24,389 nt of DNA. It comes from a virus. Lineage: Duplodnaviria > Caudoviricetes. The stretch spans positions 1 through 24,389 of IMG/VR virus record IMGVR_UViG_3300017978_000188. One strand, written 5' to 3'. A model generated the notes under the pieces. The model worked only from the letters and a program-made list of their open reading frames with translations. It made no database searches and was not told where the DNA came from. A program made the position numbers and the translations under genes. Positions 10,087-17,883 of the stretch are shown one piece after another. Position 1 is the stretch's first letter; each line of letters opens with the position of its first letter.

Positions 10087-10115
10087 ATTATACTGTCTTT
10101 TGACTACTTAGTCAA
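10087..10115 (-). promoter_or_regulatory. sigma70-type promoter
   Basis: TTGACT (10115-10110), 17-nt spacer, TATAAT (10092-10087), then ACAGGAG RBS. Confidence 0.85.
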
Positions 10116-10140
10116 GAAAAAAGGTGCATTTCTGCACCCT
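10114..10140 (-). terminator. intrinsic terminator after the AAA ATPase gene
   Basis: GGTGCA-GAAA-TGCACC stem with GNRA loop followed by TTTTTTCTT on the minus strand. Confidence 0.85.
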
Positions 10141-10152
10141 TTCTCTTTTGGA

Positions 10153-11253
10153 TTAACGGCCTTTGTCTTGTGCCGCCGCAATGTACTTGCCATACTTGTC
10201 GTGGAACTCGTCGAAGCAGTCGATCTCATCCGGATCCAACGGCAGTTGATATTGGGTAAGAGCAACCTTAGTACCCATAACCACCAACTCAGTTTCAAAA
10301 TTATCCATCATGAAACGGAAGAAATGGTTGACCATATCGTTGAACTTTTTATCGTTCTTATCAGCCGCATCTTTCAATTCATAGCACAAAGATACAGTCA
10401 AAGAATACATAGCCGAAATTTCTTTCGAATCCATTTTCTTAACCTTACCTGCCAAAATGTCTTCGGGCTTAGGCATCTTACTTGCAATCTTGCGATGAGC
10501 CATAAACTTAATAGCCAAACCTTCGCCAACAGCACCACTGACAAGATCCATCATTGTAGTGTCATCAGTGTCGTCTTCTTCCAACAACTCGCTGACAAAA
10601 CTCCATGAACGAGGAGTAGCAAAACTACGGCTTGCTGACTTTGGATCAAAGTCGTACAAGTCTTTCTTGGCAAAAGTGCAGTAACCAACTACGTCTTTAT
10701 GAATACGGTTGTTAGTAGCCCACTGACTCCAGTCATCGAAGTCTACACGCATTTCCAAATGTAGGAAACGGTTTGCCAACGGAGCAGGCATACGATAAGT
10801 AACACCCTTGTCTGCTTCACGGTTACCAGCGGCAACGATAAGAACGTTGTCTGGAAGTTTGTACTGTCCAACACGACGATTCAAAATCAACTGATAGGCC
10901 GCGGCCTGTACGCTAGGAGCCGCAGAGTTCATTTCGTCAAGGAACAAAATTACATGCGGATGTTTGCTAGCCAATTCTTGGTCAGGAAGTTCGCTCGGAC
11001 TACCCCAAACCATTTTGTTCTGATTAGGATCAAAATAAGGAATACCTTTAATATCTGTAGGTTCCCAAAGACTCAAACGAATATCGATTACATGGGCAGA
11101 CATCTCGCCACCGATCTGGTGAATGATATCAGACTTACCAATACCTGGGGGACCCCACAGGAAGATTGGACGCTTCTTTTTAAACGCTTTTCGAATTGCG
11201 TTCTTAGCGCCGTTTGGGCTAACTTGCCGATTAATAATTTCTACTTTTGCCAT
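10153..11253 (-). CDS. MoxR-like/dynein-related AAA+ ATPase
   Basis: Walker A GPPGIGKS, Walker B LFLDEMN, AAGN sensor, PLANRF arginine finger, TPRSW; adjacent to the vWA gene. Confidence 0.93.
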   Translation of the reverse strand: MAKVEIINRQVSPNGAKNAIRKAFKKKRPIFLWGPPGIGKSDIIHQIGGEMSAHVIDIRLSLWEPTDIKGIPYFDPNQNKMVWGSPSELPDQELASKHPHVILFLDEMNSAAPSVQAAAYQLILNRRVGQYKLPDNVLIVAAGNREADKGVTYRMPAPLANRFLHLEMRVDFDDWSQWATNNRIHKDVVGYCTFAKKDLYDFDPKSASRSFATPRSWSFVSELLEEDDTDDTTMMDLVSGAVGEGLAIKFMAHRKIASKMPKPEDILAGKVKKMDSKEISAMYSLTVSLCYELKDAADKNDKKFNDMVNHFFRFMMDNFETELVVMGTKVALTQYQLPLDPDEIDCFDEFHDKYGKYIAAAQDKGR

Positions 11254-11297
11254 TGAATGCTCCTGTTAGGGTGTTAAAACTGTTTCGCAGTACCACT

Positions 11298-11326
11298 ATT
11301 ATATGGCAAAACGGCGTCAATGTCAA
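11298..11326 (-). promoter_or_regulatory. perfect-consensus sigma70 promoter
   Basis: TTGACA (11326-11321), 17-nt spacer, TATAAT (11303-11298). Confidence 0.9.
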
Positions 11327-11332
11327 CTGTTT

Positions 11333-11725
11333 TTAGGAGATTTGGGCAGACTTTTTTCGTGTCATGGCTTTGTTTAAGCCGTATTGGCGAACATCGCCCG
11401 AAAATAGATGTAGTTCAAATGCTTTTCGCTCTGCCAAAACTGTAATAGTTTCGGGAGTAAGGAAGTATGGACAGTCAATAAACTTGTCCAAAAAAAGAAT
11501 AACTTGAGGTTTCAAATCCAAACTTGCAGGAAATGGTACTTCGTAAACTTTAAGATCCAAATTTGTCTTTAGAAAATCAAAACCATCTTCTGTTAATCGT
11601 AAACCGCCCTCTTCTTTTTTACGATTATTCATAAACCATTTTCTAGAATACGTTAAGATATTTTCTTCAGTCAATGCTAGATTGCCTGCTTTCAAAAAAA
11701 TCTTAGTATAGGTTTCCTGATTCAT
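11333..11725 (-). CDS. hypothetical protein
   Basis: 130-aa ORF, TAATG-coupled to the upstream gene. Confidence 0.8.
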   Translation of the reverse strand: MNQETYTKIFLKAGNLALTEENILTYSRKWFMNNRKKEEGGLRLTEDGFDFLKTNLDLKVYEVPFPASLDLKPQVILFLDKFIDCPYFLTPETITVLAERKAFELHLFSGDVRQYGLNKAMTRKKSAQIS

Positions 11726-12006
11726 TAAATTTCTTCGCCATGCGTTAACTTAACAACTTTAAATTCTGTTGAATCAAATAATGAGTTTAGTTTTTTGGCC
11801 AAATTAAGTGCGTGACCAGGGTTTGAAAAACTAACTTTTTTATACTTGCTACCAGCATAGCCGCCTAGGCTATCTTGACTTTTCAAGTTAAAAGGCTGTC
11901 CTTTATAAAAGACAGCCCAAATGGCCTCGGCTTCGAGGATTTGATTACTTTTAAAAGTGTTTTTGTTTATGTTTTCTAAAATTATTTTAGGTCTAGGTCT
12001 GCTCAT
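11725..12006 (-). CDS. hypothetical basic protein
   Basis: Start moved to ATG 12006 (MSRPRPKII), which avoids overlap with the upstream gene and follows a structured leader. Confidence 0.75.
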   Translation of the reverse strand: MSRPRPKIILENINKNTFKSNQILEAEAIWAVFYKGQPFNLKSQDSLGGYAGSKYKKVSFSNPGHALNLAKKLNSLFDSTEFKVVKLTHGEEI

Positions 12007-12008
12007 AG

Positions 12009-12042
12009 TATGCGTATCCAAATTATGTACGCATATATTTAT
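12009..12042 (-). promoter_or_regulatory. T4-late-promoter-like ATAAATA followed by a hairpin covering the translation initiation region
   Basis: ATAAATA at 12042-12036; TATGCGTA (12035-12028) / TACGCATA (12016-12009) perfect 8-bp stem ending 2 nt before the ATG. Confidence 0.6.
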
Positions 12043-12284
12043 TACTTTTCGTCCCAATTTCCCCCGTCCATTTTTACTTGGACTTCTGGCTCTACACGTT
12101 GCACAGACTGTATTAGACCTTCGTAATTGCCTGCTAACCTAGTCATAACTAGGGATAATGTATGACTAAGTGTCTTTGCAGTGGCTATATCTAAACGTAT
12201 TTCTTTTTGATTGCCAAGATCTGCTCCTCGAACTTGATTGATAAAAGTTTGTAATGCTATGGTGTTTATATTATCTTTTTGCAT
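12042..12284 (-). CDS. hypothetical protein
   Basis: 80-aa ORF tiling with its neighbours. Confidence 0.7.
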   Translation of the reverse strand: MQKDNINTIALQTFINQVRGADLGNQKEIRLDIATAKTLSHTLSLVMTRLAGNYEGLIQSVQRVEPEVQVKMDGGNWDEK

Positions 12285-12744
12285 TAGACAGCCTTTGTTT
12301 CATCTCAATGTCTGTTTTGAAAGGACCTTCATAAGGATATCTTTCGATGGTAATTAGTTTAGGACAAAAACTTTTAACCCACCCTTTTTCAAATTTAATA
12401 ATGTAATAGCCGGCGCAATATACGCTTTTACTTTTTTCACTTTTAGTAAACAGTGGCAAATTCTTCCTTACATCGAACATTGGATTATGCGGAGTTGAAC
12501 TTGTAGAGTATCCATGTACTTCTGTGTCGACGTCTTTGTCTGCTGAAAAAGATCTTGAGATAAAAAAATCTTTGCCGAACGTTTCAAACAATTTCTTTTT
12601 ATTATCAAAAGTTGCAACTTTGTCTTTGCTACTGAACACATATTTCTTTTGTTCAGTAACTTTTAAAATGCCAACTTTATTTCCTTGGTCTTCTACGATC
12701 CAAAACTTTCCGTCTATCACGGGTTTAGCATGTAATTCAGTCAT
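12271..12744 (-). CDS. hypothetical protein
   Basis: 157-aa ORF, GAGG RBS, ATGA-coupled to RNase H. Confidence 0.8.
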   Translation of the reverse strand: MTELHAKPVIDGKFWIVEDQGNKVGILKVTEQKKYVFSSKDKVATFDNKKKLFETFGKDFFISRSFSADKDVDTEVHGYSTSSTPHNPMFDVRKNLPLFTKSEKSKSVYCAGYYIIKFEKGWVKSFCPKLITIERYPYEGPFKTDIEMKQRLSNAKR

Positions 12745-13709
12745 TGATGATACCTCGCATTAAGTGGTTCTGCATATTGCTGTGCTTGATCTGAAATCTT
12801 TTTCAAATCGTATAATTGACAAAATTTTAAAAGTCTGATTCCAACTTGGCTGACATTCTTTTCTTTGTCAATATTGTCTTTAATAGTACTAACAATTTTT
12901 TCTTTAATATCGTCTGGCTGTTCAGACAAATCAATTAGTCGACGATTACGTTCATAATCTTCTAAAACGCGATGTTCTTCACCATTGTGGTCAACCCAAC
13001 GCTGAAGCATGAGATTGTTCCAAGCGAATCCGCGATTGTCTTTATCTTTAAATGCATCTTCTAATTTGTTCTTACGAACCTTAGGATATGCACTAAAGAC
13101 GTTATCTGAACTATCACCGCGAATACATTTCTCGAATAGCAACCATTTAGGATCAGGAATAGCCTTAGGTTCTTTAGTTTTATTGTCTATAACAATTTTA
13201 CCCTTTTTATCAAACACGCCTTCGTGCGTGATATGATGTTCCTGTACACCGTTATACTGACTTACGTTTGGCGCAATTAACTGATAAAAGTCGCTGTCTG
13301 TTGATATAATCACATGTTTATCTGTAGGATGATTTTGAATCCAACCTGCTATCAAATCATCTGCTTCTAATTCTTGATGTTGTAATACTGTACAGTTTGT
13401 TTTTTCTACAATAAACTCTTTGAACTTATCAAAACTTTCCCAAAACAACTGATCTTCTTCTTGCTCTTTTACAGTAAGTGCGGCACGAGCATCGCTACGA
13501 TTTCGTTTGTACGGAGCATAGTAGTCCTTGCGCCACGAGCGACCTTCGAGACAGAACACTACATGACTACCACCAAAGTCTTGCCATGCTTTTTTGATAC
13601 TGTTAAGTGTAATATGAAATGCCATGCCCAACTTAATGTCAGCATCGCCCTTAATAACGTGTCTAGCACGAAAGAATGTGTTAGCAGTATCAACTATAAT
13701 ATATGTCAT
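12741..13709 (-). CDS. rnh: T4-like RNase H / 5'-3' exonuclease (FEN/PIN fold)
   Basis: IIVDTAN, SWRKDYYAPYKRNR, LEADDLIA, IISTDSDFYQL, RGDSSDNV, YERNRRLIDL. Confidence 0.92.
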   Translation of the reverse strand: MTYIIVDTANTFFRARHVIKGDADIKLGMAFHITLNSIKKAWQDFGGSHVVFCLEGRSWRKDYYAPYKRNRSDARAALTVKEQEEDQLFWESFDKFKEFIVEKTNCTVLQHQELEADDLIAGWIQNHPTDKHVIISTDSDFYQLIAPNVSQYNGVQEHHITHEGVFDKKGKIVIDNKTKEPKAIPDPKWLLFEKCIRGDSSDNVFSAYPKVRKNKLEDAFKDKDNRGFAWNNLMLQRWVDHNGEEHRVLEDYERNRRLIDLSEQPDDIKEKIVSTIKDNIDKEKNVSQVGIRLLKFCQLYDLKKISDQAQQYAEPLNARYHQ

Positions 13710-14137
13710 GAGACTTCCGATTTACCTTCAGCGATTTTCTTAACGTTGATATAACCAGCGCCACGCTCAGTCATATCAACACCTTCTTCCCCGGCGATGT
13801 CCCTGCATAATGTTCTGAACCAACGATCTACAATCTCTTCGTCCGGATCACCATCAAAGCCATATCCTTGTTGTTTCAATTGTAACACAAAGACATCGTT
13901 CCAGTCAAGTTCAAGAAAACCGTTACGTAAGTTTTCTTTATTGATATGTGTATCCAAAACAGCAATATATGGCTCACCAAGAGCGTTTGCACGTTCTTTT
14001 GGTGTTAGTTTTGCTAACTCTTCTTCCTTTTTGGCTGCTTCTGCTCTTGCCTTAGCCAAAGCCGCTTCGATGTTGAGTTTTTCTTTTTCTTCTTCCAGAC
14101 GTTTAATGCCTGTGACTTTCTTTAACCATTCTTTCAT
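13706..14137 (-). CDS. hypothetical protein
   Basis: Start moved to ATG 14137 (TAATG coupling with the queE stop); N-terminal charged helix. Confidence 0.75.
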   Translation of the reverse strand: MKEWLKKVTGIKRLEEEKEKLNIEAALAKARAEAAKKEEELAKLTPKERANALGEPYIAVLDTHINKENLRNGFLELDWNDVFVLQLKQQGYGFDGDPDEEIVDRWFRTLCRDIAGEEGVDMTERGAGYINVKKIAEGKSEVS

Positions 14138-14991
14138 TATGTCCCCCACTCATTTTTAAACAGCGGAACTTGTAGTCTATCACTGTAGCGTAAGCCATTC
14201 TTCATCGCTAGTTCCGCAACACGACGATTATTAAGAGCATAGACACTTTCTACACCACCTACGGGCATTAGATAAACATGCCCTTTAAATCCTGCTGAAC
14301 GGTATGCGGCAATAGCACATTCGGCATCTGCATAATCTTGCTCAGTGGCAATAACAAACTTCAAATATGCTGTACCAACATCTTCGTATCTGCAAACGAT
14401 CTCTGGCTTAATGGCATCTTCCCACTTTTCACCGCTACATGGAAGTTTGGCACTTACGCTGAATGTAATTTCTCTGTCGAAATCGACATTAGGCATTTGC
14501 CATTGAACTAGATACTCTATAAATTCTTCACTTAGTTCTTGAGTCCCGTTAGTTTCAAAGGTAATTTCTTTCAAGCCTGCCATCTTAGGATGACTCAGCA
14601 AATCTGGATAAGCACGTTGCCATCCTAGCAAAGGTTCACCACCTGTAATAACTAGATGTTCATCTTTCCAAGTTTTGTGAGGCAGTATATCACAAATAGC
14701 GTCAGCCACCGCAGAGGTATCAAGCATAGGACTAAGATGTTTAAAACGAGGATCCCAACTAGCGTATGAATCACATCCAGTAGATACAAGTGGAAGTTCT
14801 TCATACGTTTTAAAATCTGCAATACGTTCTGCAATAACTTCAACTTCATTGCTTAATTCTCCCCTCGGCATGCCAAAGCCTTGACATTTAAAATTACAGC
14901 CAAAGGTACGTAAGAAAATAGAAGGAACGCCCATGTAGCGTCCTTCACCTTGGATACTGTAAAATAGTTCTGCGACTTTTAATTTACTCAT
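14137..14991 (-). CDS. queE: 7-carboxy-7-deazaguanine synthase (QueE-like radical SAM)
   Basis: ELFYSIQGEG, FLRTFGCNFKC...GCDS, VITGGEPLL, FETNGT, SVSAKL, LKFVI, YLMP, YSDRLQ; folE is 0.6 kb upstream. Confidence 0.88.
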   Translation of the reverse strand: MSKLKVAELFYSIQGEGRYMGVPSIFLRTFGCNFKCQGFGMPRGELSNEVEVIAERIADFKTYEELPLVSTGCDSYASWDPRFKHLSPMLDTSAVADAICDILPHKTWKDEHLVITGGEPLLGWQRAYPDLLSHPKMAGLKEITFETNGTQELSEEFIEYLVQWQMPNVDFDREITFSVSAKLPCSGEKWEDAIKPEIVCRYEDVGTAYLKFVIATEQDYADAECAIAAYRSAGFKGHVYLMPVGGVESVYALNNRRVAELAMKNGLRYSDRLQVPLFKNEWGT

Positions 14992-15311
14992 TGTTTAAAT
15001 AATTCCAGGTTAATAATTTTGGCAACACGTTCGCCTACATCTTCACCACTTGGAATGACATAAGTTTGACTGTCGTGTCTGTCTTTACGTTCATCGTAGT
15101 GGCGTACATTAAGTATTCTGCCACCAACTGCTGTACTCAATTCAAATGTAATACGTCCTTCGCCTTCGGGACGACCACGTTCTATCATTGTTTGTGCGCC
15201 TACCATTTTTAATCCTCTTGATTCTTGATAATCTTTTTCTGCTTCGTACTTGTGGCGGTTATCCCACATGTCGCGGACTTTACCATAAAGCCACTTATCG
15301 AGAAATTTCAT
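14988..15311 (-). CDS. hypothetical protein
   Basis: 107-aa ORF with ATGA overlaps on both sides. Confidence 0.75.
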   Translation of the reverse strand: MKFLDKWLYGKVRDMWDNRHKYEAEKDYQESRGLKMVGAQTMIERGRPEGEGRITFELSTAVGGRILNVRHYDERKDRHDSQTYVIPSGEDVGERVAKIINLELFKQ

Positions 15312-15574
15312 ACAGGATCACCTTTAGTGTCTGTTTGATTAGTCATGTACTTTTCGAGAGCGTCTTTAAACTGTTCTTCTGTGAGACCATGCCAGCCAAT
15401 GCACTTGCCAGTTGGACTGCGACCGCAACCACACTTACCGATCTCGTCTGCGTTCTCTTTTACTCTTACTTGCATTTCTTTATCCTTCTTAAAAATATTG
15501 TCCCAATTAGAATCAAATGTTTTTTGATCTACACTATAAGGTCTTGGGCGACTTCCTTTTCCACCGTCACCCAT
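15308..15574 (-). CDS. small protein with CDGSH-like 3Cys-1His motif
   Basis: CGCGRSPTGKCIGWH compared with the CDGSH consensus CxCxxSx5CDGxH. Confidence 0.6.
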   Translation of the reverse strand: MGDGGKGSRPRPYSVDQKTFDSNWDNIFKKDKEMQVRVKENADEIGKCGCGRSPTGKCIGWHGLTEEQFKDALEKYMTNQTDTKGDPV

Positions 15575-15576
15575 AA

Positions 15577-16386
15577 TTACCTCGGAGCAAATTCTTGCTG
15601 TAGTTTGATGTTGTCAAAAAACTCTTTCTTTGTGTTGCCGTCGTCTTTGAAAGCACCTTTAAGAACAGTTGTTTGAGTTAGGCTAGAGTGTGCCATAATA
15701 CCGCGATTCTCACAGCAACCGTGTACTGCTTGAATATAAACACCTAGGTCTTTTGCACCTGTGGCTTTTTCAATTTCTCTAGCGATATCGTTAGCAAGTT
15801 CTTCTTGTAGTGTGCCACGACGAGCACACCACTGAGCAATGCGAGTATACTTGCTAAGGCCAATGAGTTTTTGAGCGGCAATAATCCCGATATAAGCAAC
15901 GCCACTGACAGGTTGGTGGTGATGACTACACATACTACGTAACTCACTACGCACCACAAGCATTCCTTCATATCGATCTTGCGAGTCATTTGGGAAAGCG
16001 GTTGCGTCTGGTGCTGGTTCATATCTTCCTGCCATAATTTCGTTAAAGTACATCTTAGCAAGACGCTTTGCTGTGCCTTGACTATTAGGATCTGTTTCTC
16101 TGTCAATTAACAAAGTGTCTAGAACTTGTTCAAAGGCATTAGTTGCTTCTTTGATTAGTTGTTCTTTATCTTCTTCGCTGATGTAATCGCTGATATTATC
16201 ACCGGCCCAGAAACGTTTCTTGTTTGCTCGCATCTTTTCGCGAATTGCTTGTGCAAGATTTTTTTCTTGTGGTGCTGGGGGTGCTTTTACATATACAGGA
16301 GTTTCTACCTGTACATATTCGTCTTGTTTAAAATCTTTATTAACGTCTGCGTTAATAACGGGGTCGAGTGTAAATTCTTTTGTCAA
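15577..16386 (-). CDS. folE: GTP cyclohydrolase I
   Basis: TAKRLAKMY, SMCSHH, IGLSKYTRI, RRGTLQEEL, HGCCENRG, EFF; TTG start after GGAGA. Confidence 0.96.
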   Translation of the reverse strand: MTKEFTLDPVINADVNKDFKQDEYVQVETPVYVKAPPAPQEKNLAQAIREKMRANKKRFWAGDNISDYISEEDKEQLIKEATNAFEQVLDTLLIDRETDPNSQGTAKRLAKMYFNEIMAGRYEPAPDATAFPNDSQDRYEGMLVVRSELRSMCSHHHQPVSGVAYIGIIAAQKLIGLSKYTRIAQWCARRGTLQEELANDIAREIEKATGAKDLGVYIQAVHGCCENRGIMAHSSLTQTTVLKGAFKDDGNTKKEFFDNIKLQQEFAPR

Positions 16387-16426
16387 TTATAATTCTCCGA
16401 GTTATAGACGGGGATGTCTATGTGTT

Positions 16427-16456
16427 ATTATATAGATTTATTTAGGTTTTTGTCAA
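16427..16456 (-). promoter_or_regulatory. sigma70-type promoter for folE with nested CTAAATA
   Basis: TTGACA (16456-16451), 18-nt spacer, TATAAT (16432-16427); CTAAATA at 16445-16439. Confidence 0.8.
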
Positions 16457-16457
16457 A

Positions 16458-16751
16458 TTAATGATTACCGTTTTCTTCAGTGTAAAACATCCAACGGCCT
16501 TCTTCATAATTCCAATGACGGTTGTCATAGAAATTAAAATGCATACAATAACCAAACAACCCAATTTCAAAGTCTAATCCTGCATGACTTTGACGTATGG
16601 TCCAATTTAAATTGAACGATATTATGCTAGAATCTTTGTAAAACTCTAGTTCAATAAACTTATTCTTAAACGGTGTTTCGCGAGCATGACACCATAAATT
16701 CTTAAACTCTTTGCTCCAGGGATTGCGTAGATTAAAGTTAAATGATATCAT
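16458..16751 (-). CDS. hypothetical aromatic-rich protein
   Basis: 97-aa ORF, ATGA-coupled. Confidence 0.7.
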   Translation of the reverse strand: MISFNFNLRNPWSKEFKNLWCHARETPFKNKFIELEFYKDSSIISFNLNWTIRQSHAGLDFEIGLFGYCMHFNFYDNRHWNYEEGRWMFYTEENGNH

Positions 16752-16972
16752 GTTCTTATAGTCTTTCTTTCATGTTCTTCTTCCTGCTTACGCTTCCATT
16801 CTTGGTAGAATAGTTCTGCACATTGCCGTTTGACTTCTATAGGTACGTCAGGCATCCAATGTGCATCTCTGCAATCATAGTATCGTCCATTCGCACCAAA
16901 GTCGCTGTTCACAAGAACAGCGACACATATGAATAGTGCTAGTACAATTAAGAAATTACGCCAAACGCCCAT
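16748..16972 (-). CDS. small protein with N-terminal hydrophobic anchor
   Basis: Start moved to ATG 16972; FLIVLALFICVAVLV hydrophobic segment then YYDC...QC. Confidence 0.6.
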   Translation of the reverse strand: MGVWRNFLIVLALFICVAVLVNSDFGANGRYYDCRDAHWMPDVPIEVKRQCAELFYQEWKRKQEEEHERKTIRT

Positions 16973-17316
16973 GCAGTGAGTCCGATATAAGTTATGTAAT
17001 GAAGATATTGATCTAAGCCCAGCAACCACCAAAACTGTTCGTGTGTGTTTGCTCCCCAACCTAAACGACTATTTAGATTCATTTTAGCCCAGTCAATATG
17101 ATAGTGAACAACAGCATCGACAAATGCCATCCAAACGGCAATAGGAGTAAATGCAAATAGACACAGATATGTGCCTAGACCATGCAAGCCGGCATGTAGT
17201 ATGCCTCCAGGATGTCCGTAGGTGCCTTTGTTACTATATTGAAACCTTGTTTGCAGAGGAAAATCTACAATACAGTGTTTTGTTACCAGCAAGGTTAGAA
17301 CAATTAAAATTTCCAT
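16948..17316 (-). CDS. DUF3307-like membrane protein
   Basis: KHCIVDFPLQ, HAGLH, HYHIDWAK, GLDQYLH motifs with hydrophobic helices. Confidence 0.8.
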   Translation of the reverse strand: MEILIVLTLLVTKHCIVDFPLQTRFQYSNKGTYGHPGGILHAGLHGLGTYLCLFAFTPIAVWMAFVDAVVHYHIDWAKMNLNSRLGWGANTHEQFWWLLGLDQYLHYITYIGLTAWAFGVIS

Positions 17317-17549
17317 TATAATCTTTCACTTAGTAAGATACGGCAAAGTTTTTCATCTTTTTCTGTGGCAAATTTAAAAACCATACAGTCTTCACGTGGA
17401 GTATATACAAATCTGTCACCTGGCAGTCCAAACACTTCTAGTACCATAGCACAAGTTTCATTCCACCATAAGTTTCCTTGACTGTGCCATTCTACTAGAA
17501 CGTGATGGTCAAACTGCTTTTCGGTAGTTTCCTTTTTCAGGAATGACAT
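17316..17549 (-). CDS. hypothetical protein
   Basis: Start moved to ATG 17549 after GGGGAG; TAATG-coupled to the next gene. Confidence 0.65.
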   Translation of the reverse strand: MSFLKKETTEKQFDHHVLVEWHSQGNLWWNETCAMVLEVFGLPGDRFVYTPREDCMVFKFATEKDEKLCRILLSERL

Positions 17550-17883
17550 GCCGTACTCCCCCACGTGGATCTTCCATATCGCCTTTGCGTCTTGGAATCA
17601 TATGTATATGCGGATACATTACAGTTTGTCCAGCACTTTCTCCAAAGTTTTGTCCAACGTTGAATCCATCCCATTGTTCGGCAATGACACCTTCCATGCC
17701 CATACTGTATGCGGCTTCGTAGCATTTCATAACACAGGCATAGTTTTCGTATGCTGGTACAAACAACAAATGTCCTTCTGTTACAGGATACTTGTCATAA
17801 AATACCCATACGCTGTCTGTTTTGTGTGCAAGGTCGGTCCATACTGCACGACCTTCATTGAGTGCTTGTTCAAGATCAGTCAT
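17509..17883 (-). CDS. HIT family nucleotide hydrolase
   Basis: DKYPVTEGHLLFVP, DGFNVGQNFGESAGQTVMYPHIHMIPRR; start moved to ATG 17883. Confidence 0.9.
   Translation of the reverse strand: MTDLEQALNEGRAVWTDLAHKTDSVWVFYDKYPVTEGHLLFVPAYENYACVMKCYEAAYSMGMEGVIAEQWDGFNVGQNFGESAGQTVMYPHIHMIPRRKGDMEDPRGGVRHVIPEKGNYRKAV

Noticed and set aside
8892-11256. Several antisense ORFs over the vWA and ATPase genes (8892..9242, 9390..9620, 9789..10010, 10168..10608, 10954..11256)
   Set aside because: They lie opposite strongly supported genes, have no motifs, and are expected from codon bias on the coding strand.
11315-11326. Tandem TTGAC repeat (TTGACATTGACG) at the ATPase promoter
   Set aside because: The second copy gives no properly spaced -10 and is too short to support a separate element.
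16355-16392. Second TTGACA at the folE start codon, overlapping a TATAAT, as another promoter
   Set aside because: The hexamers are in the wrong order and no -10 lies 16-18 nt downstream of this TTGACA.
16393-16421. Calling the folE leader a preQ1-I or THF-II riboswitch
   Set aside because: The loop is only 6 nt, lacks the preQ1-I loop consensus and A-rich tail, and is too short for THF-II; kept only as a candidate.
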